From contig JAKSJZ010000003.1 in assembly GCA_024401995.1 (NCBI GenBank), positions 13,512 through 77,511 on the forward strand: 64,000 bases of DNA, in the 5' to 3' direction. This document shows, piece by piece, positions 17,508 to 26,201 of the stretch. The stretch comes from Bacteroidales bacterium (GTDB taxonomy: Bacteria; Bacteroidota; Bacteroidia; Bacteroidales; UBA932). The notes under the pieces were generated by a model. It was not told the origin of the DNA, ran no database searches, and was given only the letters and a program-made list of their open reading frames with translations. A program made the translations under genes and the position numbers. How positions within the stretch are numbered: the stretch's first letter is position 1; the number at the start of each line of letters is the position of its first letter.

Positions 17508-19950
17508 ACAAAGCCTTTACGCGTTCGAGTTCCGTTTTGGACGTTCCCTTCGTGCACACATACCGGTCCGCCCCCCGGAAACCTGCAAGGAACGACTTGA
17601 TATCCATTCGCTTCTTGCCGGCAAGCTGCACTTCGTCGAGGTCCAGGGCTCCGCCCGACGCCCCGACGGCAAGATATGTCTTCCCGTCCGTATAAATCCT
17701 GCCGGGTTCGAAACTGCCCTCCGCCTCGTGAATATGCGAACGGAATATCTTCAGTTGCACAGGCTCCTCCCCCTCCGCCTTCAACTCCGTGAAAGCCGCG
17801 GGGAAATCGCTCAATCCCCTGACAAGGTTGTGGACTGCAGCCGGACTGTCGTTCCAGTCGATATGGCAAAGCTCCCTTGTCAGCTTCGGCGCCGGCTTCA
17901 GGACCTCGCTGCCCTGAACGAACGAGCGCTGCACCCTGGTCTCCACGCTTCCCTCTATCAGTCCCTGCACCGTCTGGAGCACAAGTTCGGCCCCTATGGG
18001 CATAAGGGCATCGTGAACGTCCGAAGCCGTGTCCCCGGGTTTGATGCGAAGCTCCTGCCGGAGAATGATGCCTCCCGTATCTATGTCCTTGTCAATCATA
18101 AAAGTGGTCGCCCCGGTAATCCTCTCCCCATTGATGACGGCCCAGTTGATGGGAGCCGCCCCCCTGTACTGGGGCAACAGGGCCGCGTGAAGGTTGAACG
18201 TCCCAAGCGCAGGCATACGCCAGACCTCCTCCGGCAGCATCCTGAAGGCCACCACGACGAAAATATCCCCCCGCCAGGCGCGCAGCGCCGACAGAAATTC
18301 CGGATCCTTAAGCTTCAGGGGCTGGAGTACCGGTATACCGTGTGACACGGCATACCGCTTCACCGCACTTTCGTTCACCTTGAGTCCGCGGCCGCTCGGC
18401 TTGTCGGCAACCGTGACGGCACCCACCACCTTGAAGCCAGCGCCGACCAGGGCGTCGAGTGAGGCCACGGCAAATTCGGGCGTACCCATAAATACGATCC
18501 GGGGCTTGTGGAACAGCCCCTTCGTGCGGCTCTTCAGCCGCCTCCACAATGACTTGAAAGAATCCACCTTCGCAAAAACAGGTCTGTCGTTGATTGCCTT
18601 CCAGGTGAGTATAAGTCCTATCGGGAAAAGCACCAGCGTGGAAACAAAAACGCCGAGGATGGCGTTGACCGCACCATCATTTGCAAGTTTTGTTCCCGAA
18701 ATATCAATCACCCAATACAAGACGAAGAACAGGGCGGACACTATCGCGCTGGAGCCCAGACCTCCCTTGCCTATCAGCGTTCCGAGAGGAGCGCCGATGA
18801 AGAAAAGAACGAAACAGGCAAGCGCCTGTGCCAGCTTCTTGAAAAGCTCCACCTCCGTACGGCGCAGGAAGAAAACATATTCGTACGCCTGGCTCGAATA
18901 AGCCGAGACATATGACTTGGCCTCGGAAGACTTGCGGGCAGCCTCTTCATAAGCCCTTATCTCCTTATCTTCCGTAGCCCACTCCATAGGCCCGCTCCCC
19001 TTGAAGGAAACAGTCCGGGTCGGACCGTACGTCGTGTCAAGTTGCGTCTGGAACATAAGGTTGCCGGAGGTCAGGAACCTCCTGTAGTTCTGCACCTGCG
19101 ACGTCTCCTTGGCGTTCAGCAGCGAATCGCGCTGATTGTAAAGCTGCAAGAAGCGCATCGACTTGGTCTGCGTCCCGTAGCGGTTCTCCTCCGACTTCTG
19201 GAACGAATAGTTCTTCAAGGGAATGACCAGCTCCTGCAGGGAGAAATCCATTTTCTGGAGCGAATATTTCGTCTTGCCGTCCCCACGCTCCGTGCCCTCC
19301 TGATAGTTGCAGCCCGAATATAGCGTGAAGATGAGGAAGTCCTTGTCCCTGGACATCTCCATCCGGGCGGAATCAGCCGTCGTGACGGCCACGTTGCCCT
19401 TGCCGTCCGTATGGTCATAGACCATTACGTCCCTCATAAGGCCGGTCCTCTTGTCGCGGTCTCCGACGCGGAGAATATACCCGTCTATACCCTCGTAGAA
19501 GATGCCGGTCGGTATCTTTATCTCCGATTTCGTGCGGCCTATGTCATCCCGGAGAGTGAATATCTCGTTATAGGCCTTCGGCACAAGGTTGTTGTTCGCG
19601 AAGAACGCGGCAAGACTTATCACCGACGCGGTGAGCATAAGCGGCAGGAGCACCCTCGCAAGCGACACGCCCGACGCCTTCACGGCCATAAGCTCGTTGT
19701 TCTCGGTCATCTGGCCCAGCATCATCACCGACGAGAGCAGCACCGCAAGCGGCATCGCAAGCGGCAGAATCGTGCAGGCACCCCACATCATAAACTCCAG
19801 GATGACCCACAGTCCGAGGCCCTTGCCGACCAGTTCGTCGATATAAAGCCAGAGGAACTGCATGACCAGTATGAAAAGCACCACGAGCAGGACCGCCAGA
19901 AACGGCCCCACAAATGCCTTCAATATGTACTGGTCAAGCTTCTTCACCAT
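17500..19950 (-). CDS. fmt: Fusion: LptF/LptG family LPS export permease + methionyl-tRNA formyltransferase
   Basis: N-terminal ~480 aa: KKLDQYILKAF, PLAVLLSS..ENNELMAVKASGVSL, FFIGAPLG (LptF/G). C-terminal ~335 aa: RIVFMGTPEFA, DKPSGRG, NLHAALLPQYRGAAPI, DTG, APKL, LAGKKRM (Fmt). One open frame. Confidence 0.9.
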   Translation of the reverse strand: MVKKLDQYILKAFVGPFLAVLLVVLFILVMQFLWLYIDELVGKGLGLWVILEFMMWGACTILPLAMPLAVLLSSVMMLGQMTENNELMAVKASGVSLARVLLPLMLTASVISLAAFFANNNLVPKAYNEIFTLRDDIGRTKSEIKIPTGIFYEGIDGYILRVGDRDKRTGLMRDVMVYDHTDGKGNVAVTTADSARMEMSRDKDFLIFTLYSGCNYQEGTERGDGKTKYSLQKMDFSLQELVIPLKNYSFQKSEENRYGTQTKSMRFLQLYNQRDSLLNAKETSQVQNYRRFLTSGNLMFQTQLDTTYGPTRTVSFKGSGPMEWATEDKEIRAYEEAARKSSEAKSYVSAYSSQAYEYVFFLRRTEVELFKKLAQALACFVLFFIGAPLGTLIGKGGLGSSAIVSALFFVLYWVIDISGTKLANDGAVNAILGVFVSTLVLFPIGLILTWKAINDRPVFAKVDSFKSLWRRLKSRTKGLFHKPRIVFMGTPEFAVASLDALVGAGFKVVGAVTVADKPSGRGLKVNESAVKRYAVSHGIPVLQPLKLKDPEFLSALRAWRGDIFVVVAFRMLPEEVWRMPALGTFNLHAALLPQYRGAAPINWAVINGERITGATTFMIDKDIDTGGIILRQELRIKPGDTASDVHDALMPIGAELVLQTVQGLIEGSVETRVQRSFVQGSEVLKPAPKLTRELCHIDWNDSPAAVHNLVRGLSDFPAAFTELKAEGEEPVQLKIFRSHIHEAEGSFEPGRIYTDGKTYLAVGASGGALDLDEVQLAGKKRMDIKSFLAGFRGADRYVCTKGTSKTELERVKALYA

Positions 19951-22572
19951 CTAGAATTTGGACAGGAGCACCTTCATGGCCTGCGGCAGCCCGTTGACGT
20001 CCTTTCCGCCGGCCATCGCGAACCCGGGCGCGCCGCCGCCCCCGCCTTGTATCGCCTTGGCGGCCTCGCGCACGTCCGCACCGGCATTGCGGCCGGCCGC
20101 AACAAGATCGCCGGAGTACATTGCCATCAGCTGCGGTTTGCCCTCGAAGCCGAACGCCGCGATAACGGCGGTCGCCTTCGCCGTCTTCTGTATTATCGCC
20201 AGGGCGGCCTTCACCTCGGCAGGGTCCGTCCCGTCACGATCGAATTTTATCAGCCGCACTCCGGCACAGTCCTCCGCGCCGGCGACAAGCCTTTCGGCAA
20301 GCGCCGCCGCCTTGGCCGCATCGAAAGCCTCGACCCGCTTGCGCAGGGCGGCATTCTCCTCCTGAAGCTTGCGGATGACTCCCATTATGTCAGACACGTT
20401 GCCCAGAGCCGCCCTGACCTCACGCACGACATTCTGCAGGTCGGCCACGTAGGCTTCGGCGCCATCGGACGTCACGGCCTCTATCCTGCGCACGCCGGCG
20501 GCAATCGCAGACTCGCTCACAATCTTGAAGAACCCGATATGTCCGGTGGACGGCGTCTGACATCCGCCACACAACTCGACCGACGGCCCGAACTTGACAA
20601 TCCTCACACGGTCCGAGTATTTCTCGCCGAAGAGGGCTATCGCCCCCATCCCGCGCGCCTGTTCCATCGTGGCCGACCTCTCCTCCTCGAGAGGGTGGTC
20701 CTCCCGGATGAGTTCGTTCACCCTGCGCTCCACCGCGGCAATCTGCCCGTCCGTCAATTTCTCATAGTGGGAGAAGTCGAAACGCAGCGACTTGTCGGAA
20801 ACGTATGACCCCTTCTGCTCGACGTGGTCTCCGAGCAACTCGCGCAGAGCCCTGTCGAGAAGATGGGTGCAGGAGTGGTTGTTCTGTATGAGGTGCCTCC
20901 TGTGGGCATCAACCGTCAGCGTGAACGTCTGCCGGGGGTCCGAAGGGAGCCTCTCGGCTATATGCACGGTGAGGTTGTTCTCCTTTATGGTGTTGACTAT
21001 GGCTATGCGCTCGCCCGACTCCGACTCGAACCAGCCGGTATCACCGACCTCTCCGCCCATTTCCCCGTAGAAGGGGGTGCTGTCGAATACAAGCTGGAGC
21101 ATCTCGCGGTTCTTCTGGACGACCTTGCGCTGCCTGAGCAACCTCGCCCCCTCCACCTTGAGAGTATCGTAGCCCACAAAAACGCTTTCGCCGGGGTAGT
21201 ACTCGACCCAGTCGCCGAATTCGTTGGCCGTTGCATTGCGGGCGCGCTCCTTCTGCTTGGAAAGTTCGGCGTCGAACTGGTCCATATCGACCTTGAATCC
21301 GTGTTCCGCAAGAATCAGCTGGGTGAGGTCTATGGGGAATCCGAACGTGTCATACAGGACGAACGCGTCAGTGCCGCTGACAGTCTTGTCCATATCATCC
21401 CCGTGCTCGGCAAGATAGCCCTCTATATACTTGATGCCCCTTTCAAGCATCCTCAGGAAAGCGGTCTCCTCCTCACGCACGACAGACTCGATGAGCTGTC
21501 TCTGGCTGACCAACTCCGGATAGGCTTCGCCCATATCCTCCACCAGACGGGCCACAAGCCTGCACAGGAACGGCTCCCTGAAGCCCAGGAAAGTATAGCC
21601 GTACCTCACCGCGCGCCTCAGAATCCTCCTTATCACATATCCGGCCTTGACGTTGGAGGGCAGCTGGCCGTCCGCTATGGAAAAGCTTATCGCCCGTATA
21701 TGGTCGGCGACAACCCTCATCGCGACGTCAACCTCCGCGCTCTCGCCGTACCTGTGGCCGGAGAGTTCTCCGATCGAGGCGAGCAGTCCGCTGAAGACGT
21801 CGGTGTCATAGTTGCTGTTCTTGCCCTGGAGAACGGCGCAAAGCCTTTCGAAGCCCATTCCGGTATCGATGTTCCTGGCGGGGAGATTCTCGAGGTGGCC
21901 GTCGGACATCCTCATATACTGCATGAACACTATGTTCCAAATCTCGATGACGTGGGGATCGGACTTGTTGACAAGCTCGCGGCCCGGGACCCCGCTGCGG
22001 CGCTCCTCCGCCGTGCGGATATCGATATGAATTTCGGAACAGGGACCGCAGGGGCCCGTATCCCCCATCTCCCAGAAATTGTCGTGCCTGCTGCCGAGGA
22101 TGATATGGTCCTCCGGCAGATGGCGCAGCCAGGCCTCTTTGGCCTCCTCGTCCATCCGGGTTCCGTCCTCCTCCGAGCCCTCGAACACCGTGGCGTACAG
22201 GTTGGCGCTGTCTATCTTATAGACCTCCGTGAGAAGTTCCCAGGCCCAGTCTATCGCCTCGTTCTTGAAATAGTCGCCGAAACTCCAGTTGCCAAGCATC
22301 TCGAACATCGTATGATGGTAGGTGTCGTGGCCGACTTCCTCCAGGTCATTGTGCTTGCCGCTCACACGCAGGCACTTCTGCGAATCCGCGGCCCGGAAGA
22401 ACCGTGCGGCCGTATTGCCGAGGAAAATGTCCTTGAACTGGTTCATTCCGGCATTGGTAAACATAAGCGTGGGGTCGTTCTTCACCACCATCGGCGCGGA
22501 CGGCACCACGGTATGGCCCTTTGCGGCAAAAAAATCCAGAAAAGCCTTGCGTATCTGCTTTGATGTCATCAT
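19951..22572 (-). CDS. alaS: Alanine--tRNA ligase
   Basis: DPTLMFTNAGMNQFK, HHTMFEMLGNWSFGDYFK, IDTGMGFER, LYDTFGFP, editing and C-terminal GGGGG domains. Confidence 0.98.
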   Translation of the reverse strand: MMTSKQIRKAFLDFFAAKGHTVVPSAPMVVKNDPTLMFTNAGMNQFKDIFLGNTAARFFRAADSQKCLRVSGKHNDLEEVGHDTYHHTMFEMLGNWSFGDYFKNEAIDWAWELLTEVYKIDSANLYATVFEGSEEDGTRMDEEAKEAWLRHLPEDHIILGSRHDNFWEMGDTGPCGPCSEIHIDIRTAEERRSGVPGRELVNKSDPHVIEIWNIVFMQYMRMSDGHLENLPARNIDTGMGFERLCAVLQGKNSNYDTDVFSGLLASIGELSGHRYGESAEVDVAMRVVADHIRAISFSIADGQLPSNVKAGYVIRRILRRAVRYGYTFLGFREPFLCRLVARLVEDMGEAYPELVSQRQLIESVVREEETAFLRMLERGIKYIEGYLAEHGDDMDKTVSGTDAFVLYDTFGFPIDLTQLILAEHGFKVDMDQFDAELSKQKERARNATANEFGDWVEYYPGESVFVGYDTLKVEGARLLRQRKVVQKNREMLQLVFDSTPFYGEMGGEVGDTGWFESESGERIAIVNTIKENNLTVHIAERLPSDPRQTFTLTVDAHRRHLIQNNHSCTHLLDRALRELLGDHVEQKGSYVSDKSLRFDFSHYEKLTDGQIAAVERRVNELIREDHPLEEERSATMEQARGMGAIALFGEKYSDRVRIVKFGPSVELCGGCQTPSTGHIGFFKIVSESAIAAGVRRIEAVTSDGAEAYVADLQNVVREVRAALGNVSDIMGVIRKLQEENAALRKRVEAFDAAKAAALAERLVAGAEDCAGVRLIKFDRDGTDPAEVKAALAIIQKTAKATAVIAAFGFEGKPQLMAMYSGDLVAAGRNAGADVREAAKAIQGGGGGAPGFAMAGGKDVNGLPQAMKVLLSKF

Positions 22573-22597
22573 AATTCAAAAACCTTTTACAAACCCA

Positions 22598-22634
22598 CAA
22601 ATTTAACGAATTTTTGGCAAAATTCTTATATTTG
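22598..22634. promoter_or_regulatory. Divergent -7 boxes: TAAATTTG (-, alaS) and TATATTTG (+, polyferredoxin)
   Basis: CAAATTTA at 22598-22605; TATATTTG at 22627-22634, 6 nt before ATG 22640. Confidence 0.7.
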
Positions 22635-22639
22635 TCTCT

Positions 22640-24016
22640 ATGTTGCGCAAATTCAGAATAGTACTCGCGATGCTGATGCTGGCAGCCCTTACGCTGCTCT
22701 TTGCAGGCACCGGCTTGCAATGGTGGGGATGGGCCGCGAAGCTGCAGTTCCTCCCCGCCTGTCTGGCCCTGAACCTGGGAGTTGTCACCGTCATCCTGCT
22801 GGTGACCCTGCTCTTCGGCAGGATTTACTGCTCCGTCATCTGCCCGGCCGGCATTTTTCAGGACGGCATCATATGGCTGAGACGCCGAATCCGTCCACGC
22901 AAGTTCAGTTACACCCCCGGGCTCAAATGGTTGAGATACACCGTGCTCGCCGTCTATGTCGCCAGCATCGCCGCCGGCATACAGGTCGTGGTGGCGCTGC
23001 TTGCCCCGTACAGTTCGTACGGCAGGATGGTCAGGGGCTTCATCGGTATCGCCGACGGCAGTTCCGGCACGGCATCCATAATCGCCGCCGCGGCCGTCCT
23101 TGTCGTACTGTCATCCTGCGCCTGGTTCGGAGGTCGCATCTGGTGCAACTCGATATGTCCCGTCGGCACGCTGCTCGGGCTGGTCGGAAGGTTCTCGCTT
23201 TTCCGCCCGCGGATTGACGGCGGCAAATGCCTCCACTGCGGCAAGTGCGTCAAGGGATGCAAATGCTCCTGCATTGACGGGGAGGCCCTTGATGTGGATA
23301 TGTCCCGATGCGTCGATTGCTTCGACTGCATTGACAACTGCTCCTCCGGAGCCATACGCTACGGATTGGGAAGGAAAACGCCTGCGGCGGAATCGGCGCC
23401 CGACAAGGGCAGGCGCGGGTTCCTTGCGGCCGGTGCAGCGATGACCGTCGGAGCCACCGTCGCGAAAGCGGAGGAAAGGGTGGCGGAAGTGATAGGGAAG
23501 CAGACGCCCGTGCGCAGCGAAAGGCTCGTTCCCTTCGGGGCGGGCAGCGTCAAGAACTTCTATGACCACTGCACCGCCTGCCAGCTCTGCGTCAGCGCCT
23601 GTCCGAACGGAGTATTGAGACCGAGCACGGACCTTGCCCATCTGCTGCAGCCGGAGATGGGCTACGAGAACGGGTTCTGCCGGCCGGAATGTACGGCATG
23701 CTCGGACGTGTGCCCCAGCGGGGCCATCCGCCCCCTGTCGGGCAGAGAAGAAAAAGCCGGTATCCGTATCGGCACCGCCAGAATCAACCCGGAGTTGTGC
23801 CTGGTCAATCTGCAAGGGGTCAAATGCGGCAACTGCGCGGTACACTGCCCTTCGGCAGCCATAATAATGACACGCCTCCCCGGTGCGGTCAACCCCACCC
23901 CGTCGGTCATCGGGACACGCTGCATTGGCTGCGGGGAATGTGAATTCCTGTGTCCCTCGCGCCCCATATCGGCGATAACGGTTGACGGGCTGAAAGAACA
24001 CCTTACAAGAGAATAG
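22640..24016 (+). CDS. Membrane polyferredoxin (NapH/MauN-like + NapG/MauM-like) with internal twin-arginine motif
   Basis: TM region with CSVICP and CNSICP, a 2x[4Fe-4S] domain, GRRGFLAAG followed by a hydrophobic stretch, then four further Cys clusters. Confidence 0.85.
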   Translation: MLRKFRIVLAMLMLAALTLLFAGTGLQWWGWAAKLQFLPACLALNLGVVTVILLVTLLFGRIYCSVICPAGIFQDGIIWLRRRIRPRKFSYTPGLKWLRYTVLAVYVASIAAGIQVVVALLAPYSSYGRMVRGFIGIADGSSGTASIIAAAAVLVVLSSCAWFGGRIWCNSICPVGTLLGLVGRFSLFRPRIDGGKCLHCGKCVKGCKCSCIDGEALDVDMSRCVDCFDCIDNCSSGAIRYGLGRKTPAAESAPDKGRRGFLAAGAAMTVGATVAKAEERVAEVIGKQTPVRSERLVPFGAGSVKNFYDHCTACQLCVSACPNGVLRPSTDLAHLLQPEMGYENGFCRPECTACSDVCPSGAIRPLSGREEKAGIRIGTARINPELCLVNLQGVKCGNCAVHCPSAAIIMTRLPGAVNPTPSVIGTRCIGCGECEFLCPSRPISAITVDGLKEHLTRE

Positions 24017-24019
24017 CGT

Positions 24020-25336
24020 ATGGACAGAAGAGATTTCCTGAAAACGGCAGGCCTCGGGGCAGTGACGCTCGGGCTTGCACACTCCTGCGGACAGAAAGGC
24101 GCGGAGGTGGACGGCAACGCCAGGGTCAAGGAGAATTTCCCCGGCGTTGGGCTTCTCGGATACGGTTGCATGCGCTGGCCTATGGTTGACGCCAAAGACC
24201 CGTCGCAGGGCATCGACCAGGAGAAGGTGAACGAACTTGTGGATTATGCCATCGCACACGGTGTCAACTATTTCGACTCGGCTCCGGTTTACATCGGGGG
24301 CAGGAGCGAAGCGGCCACGGCGGAAGCGCTGAGGCGGTATCCGCGGGACAAATATCTCATAGCCACCAAACTCTCAAACCACAACACCCCCAATCCCACC
24401 TTCGAACACGGTTGGGAGATGTACCGCAAGTCGCTCAAGACCTACAACACCGACCATATCGACTATTATCTGCTTCACTGCGTGACGAGCATCGAGTCCT
24501 TCGACGCGAGATTCCTCCGGACAGGCCTTCTGGAAGCCCTGCTGAAAGAAAGGGAGGCAGGCCATATACGCAATCTGGGAGTTTCCGTCCATTGCGACAA
24601 GCCTACCTTCGACTACCTGATGGACCTTCACGCAAAGTATCATTGGGATTTTTTCCAGATTCAGATGAACTACCTGGACTGGAATCACGGACCCTCGGAC
24701 GAGACAAACGCCAGCTATATGTACAACGCTCTCGCCCAGAGAGACATCCCGGTGGTGATTATGGAGCCGCTGCGCGGCGGGGGTCTGGCGGAAGTGCCGG
24801 CCGCAGTCGCCGCCTGGATGAAATCCAGGGAACCGTCGCGCTCGATAGCATCCTGGGCATTCCGGTTCTGCGGATCCTTCCCCAAGGTACTTACTGTCCT
24901 GAGCGGTATGCGCGACAATGCCGCCCTGGAGGACAACGTGGCGACCTTCTCGGACTTCAAGCCCCTCGGCAAGGAGGATATGGCCATGCTTGAAGCCGGA
25001 GCGGACGCCATCTCGCGCTTCCATCTGGTCGGCTGCACCGACTGCGGATACTGTATGCCCTGCCCCTACGGCATCAACATACCCGCCATCTTCAGGTTCT
25101 ACAACAACTCGGTCAAGTCGGGGACATATCTGATAAGTTCGGGCCAGAAGCGGTTCGAACGTGACCGCCGCCGCTATCTGGCCGCCTACGGCAAGGAAGT
25201 GCCGACAGTCCGTCAGGCAGACCACTGCATAGGATGCGAGCGCTGTGTGAGCCTGTGTCCGCAATCAGTGAAAATACCGGTCGAATTGCGGAAAATCGAC
25301 CGGTACATCGAAAGCCTCAAGCAGGGAACGCTTTAG
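24020..25336 (+). CDS. Aldo/keto reductase with Tat signal and C-terminal 4Fe-4S dicluster domain
   Basis: MDRRDFLK..AHSC signal; LLGYGCMRWP, YFDSAPVY, IATKL, YYLLH, MEPLRGG; CTDCGYCMPCP and CIGCERCVSLCP. Confidence 0.9.
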   Translation: MDRRDFLKTAGLGAVTLGLAHSCGQKGAEVDGNARVKENFPGVGLLGYGCMRWPMVDAKDPSQGIDQEKVNELVDYAIAHGVNYFDSAPVYIGGRSEAATAEALRRYPRDKYLIATKLSNHNTPNPTFEHGWEMYRKSLKTYNTDHIDYYLLHCVTSIESFDARFLRTGLLEALLKEREAGHIRNLGVSVHCDKPTFDYLMDLHAKYHWDFFQIQMNYLDWNHGPSDETNASYMYNALAQRDIPVVIMEPLRGGGLAEVPAAVAAWMKSREPSRSIASWAFRFCGSFPKVLTVLSGMRDNAALEDNVATFSDFKPLGKEDMAMLEAGADAISRFHLVGCTDCGYCMPCPYGINIPAIFRFYNNSVKSGTYLISSGQKRFERDRRRYLAAYGKEVPTVRQADHCIGCERCVSLCPQSVKIPVELRKIDRYIESLKQGTL

Positions 25337-26199
25337 AAGCAATATCCGAGAGCGACGCGGAAAGTATTGGCGAGGCCCCCCTTCGAGATAAGGTAGGCTG
25401 CGTCCAGCGTCACGCCCGCAAACTTGCAGCCGAGCCCTACGGAACCGTACCAGGGTATCGCCTTGCCGTCATTGCCACCATAATGGAAGCCGGCGCGGGC
25501 GAAGAAATGGTCCTTGAGCGAATATTCGAAGCCCAGACCTCCCATAAAAGCCCGTTCAAACAGATAGTCCAACTCCACGTTGGTCCTGACAGGGCCGGTA
25601 ACGAAACGTCCGGAGGCCCTCACGAGGGCGGGAAGAGAATAACTTTCAGTCCCGCCGTAATTGAACTTTGTCCCGAGATTATAGACGCCCATCGACACCT
25701 GGACAATCTTGCCCGAATAAGCCACGGCCGCATCAAAGCAGAAAGGCTTCGCGGAGGCATCGGGAGCAATCTTCGAGGAAGCGAAATGCGCGCCGAAGCC
25801 AAGCGAGAAGCCGAACCCAAGCATCACTCCCGCATTAATTCCCACGACAAACTCGGAAGGCTTGTACTCACCCTTGACGGAACCGCCCTCATCGGTAATC
25901 TCATACGGCTTCGAGCCGAATGTCTTGAAGTCCGCACCCACCGTAACCATCTTCGCAAACTTGCCGCGCAGGCTGACGCCCAGAGCGGAACTCGATGCCG
26001 AAGACGGTGACCAAAGGCCGTAGGACACCTGCGCCTTCAGGTGCTTGAGGTCATACATAAGCGCCGGACTCATCTCGCCGGTAACTCCCGTGGCAAGGGT
26101 CGCGGGGTCATAGGAAAGGTTGAGCAGGCTGAAACTCTGCGCGCGGGCCGCTGTCGCAAACAAAGCAAGCGCGCATAGGGCCGATATTGTCTTTTTCAT
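25333..26199 (-). CDS. PorV/PorQ-like outer-membrane beta-barrel protein
   Basis: Sec signal peptide (MKKTISALCALALFATAARA), FSLLNLSYDPATLATG plug-like motif, alternating beta strands, FARAGFH, terminal LGYCF beta-signal. Confidence 0.7.
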   Translation of the reverse strand: MKKTISALCALALFATAARAQSFSLLNLSYDPATLATGVTGEMSPALMYDLKHLKAQVSYGLWSPSSASSSALGVSLRGKFAKMVTVGADFKTFGSKPYEITDEGGSVKGEYKPSEFVVGINAGVMLGFGFSLGFGAHFASSKIAPDASAKPFCFDAAVAYSGKIVQVSMGVYNLGTKFNYGGTESYSLPALVRASGRFVTGPVRTNVELDYLFERAFMGGLGFEYSLKDHFFARAGFHYGGNDGKAIPWYGSVGLGCKFAGVTLDAAYLISKGGLANTFRVALGYCF

Positions 26200-26201
26200 A
26201 A

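Noticed and set aside
20824-22563. Very long antisense ORFs (579 aa opposite alaS; also 646 aa opposite metG, 631 aa opposite uvrA, 563 aa opposite dnaG and many others)
   Set aside because: They mirror well-conserved genes codon for codon, have no recognisable motifs, and are expected when GC-rich codon usage avoids TTA/CTA/TCA
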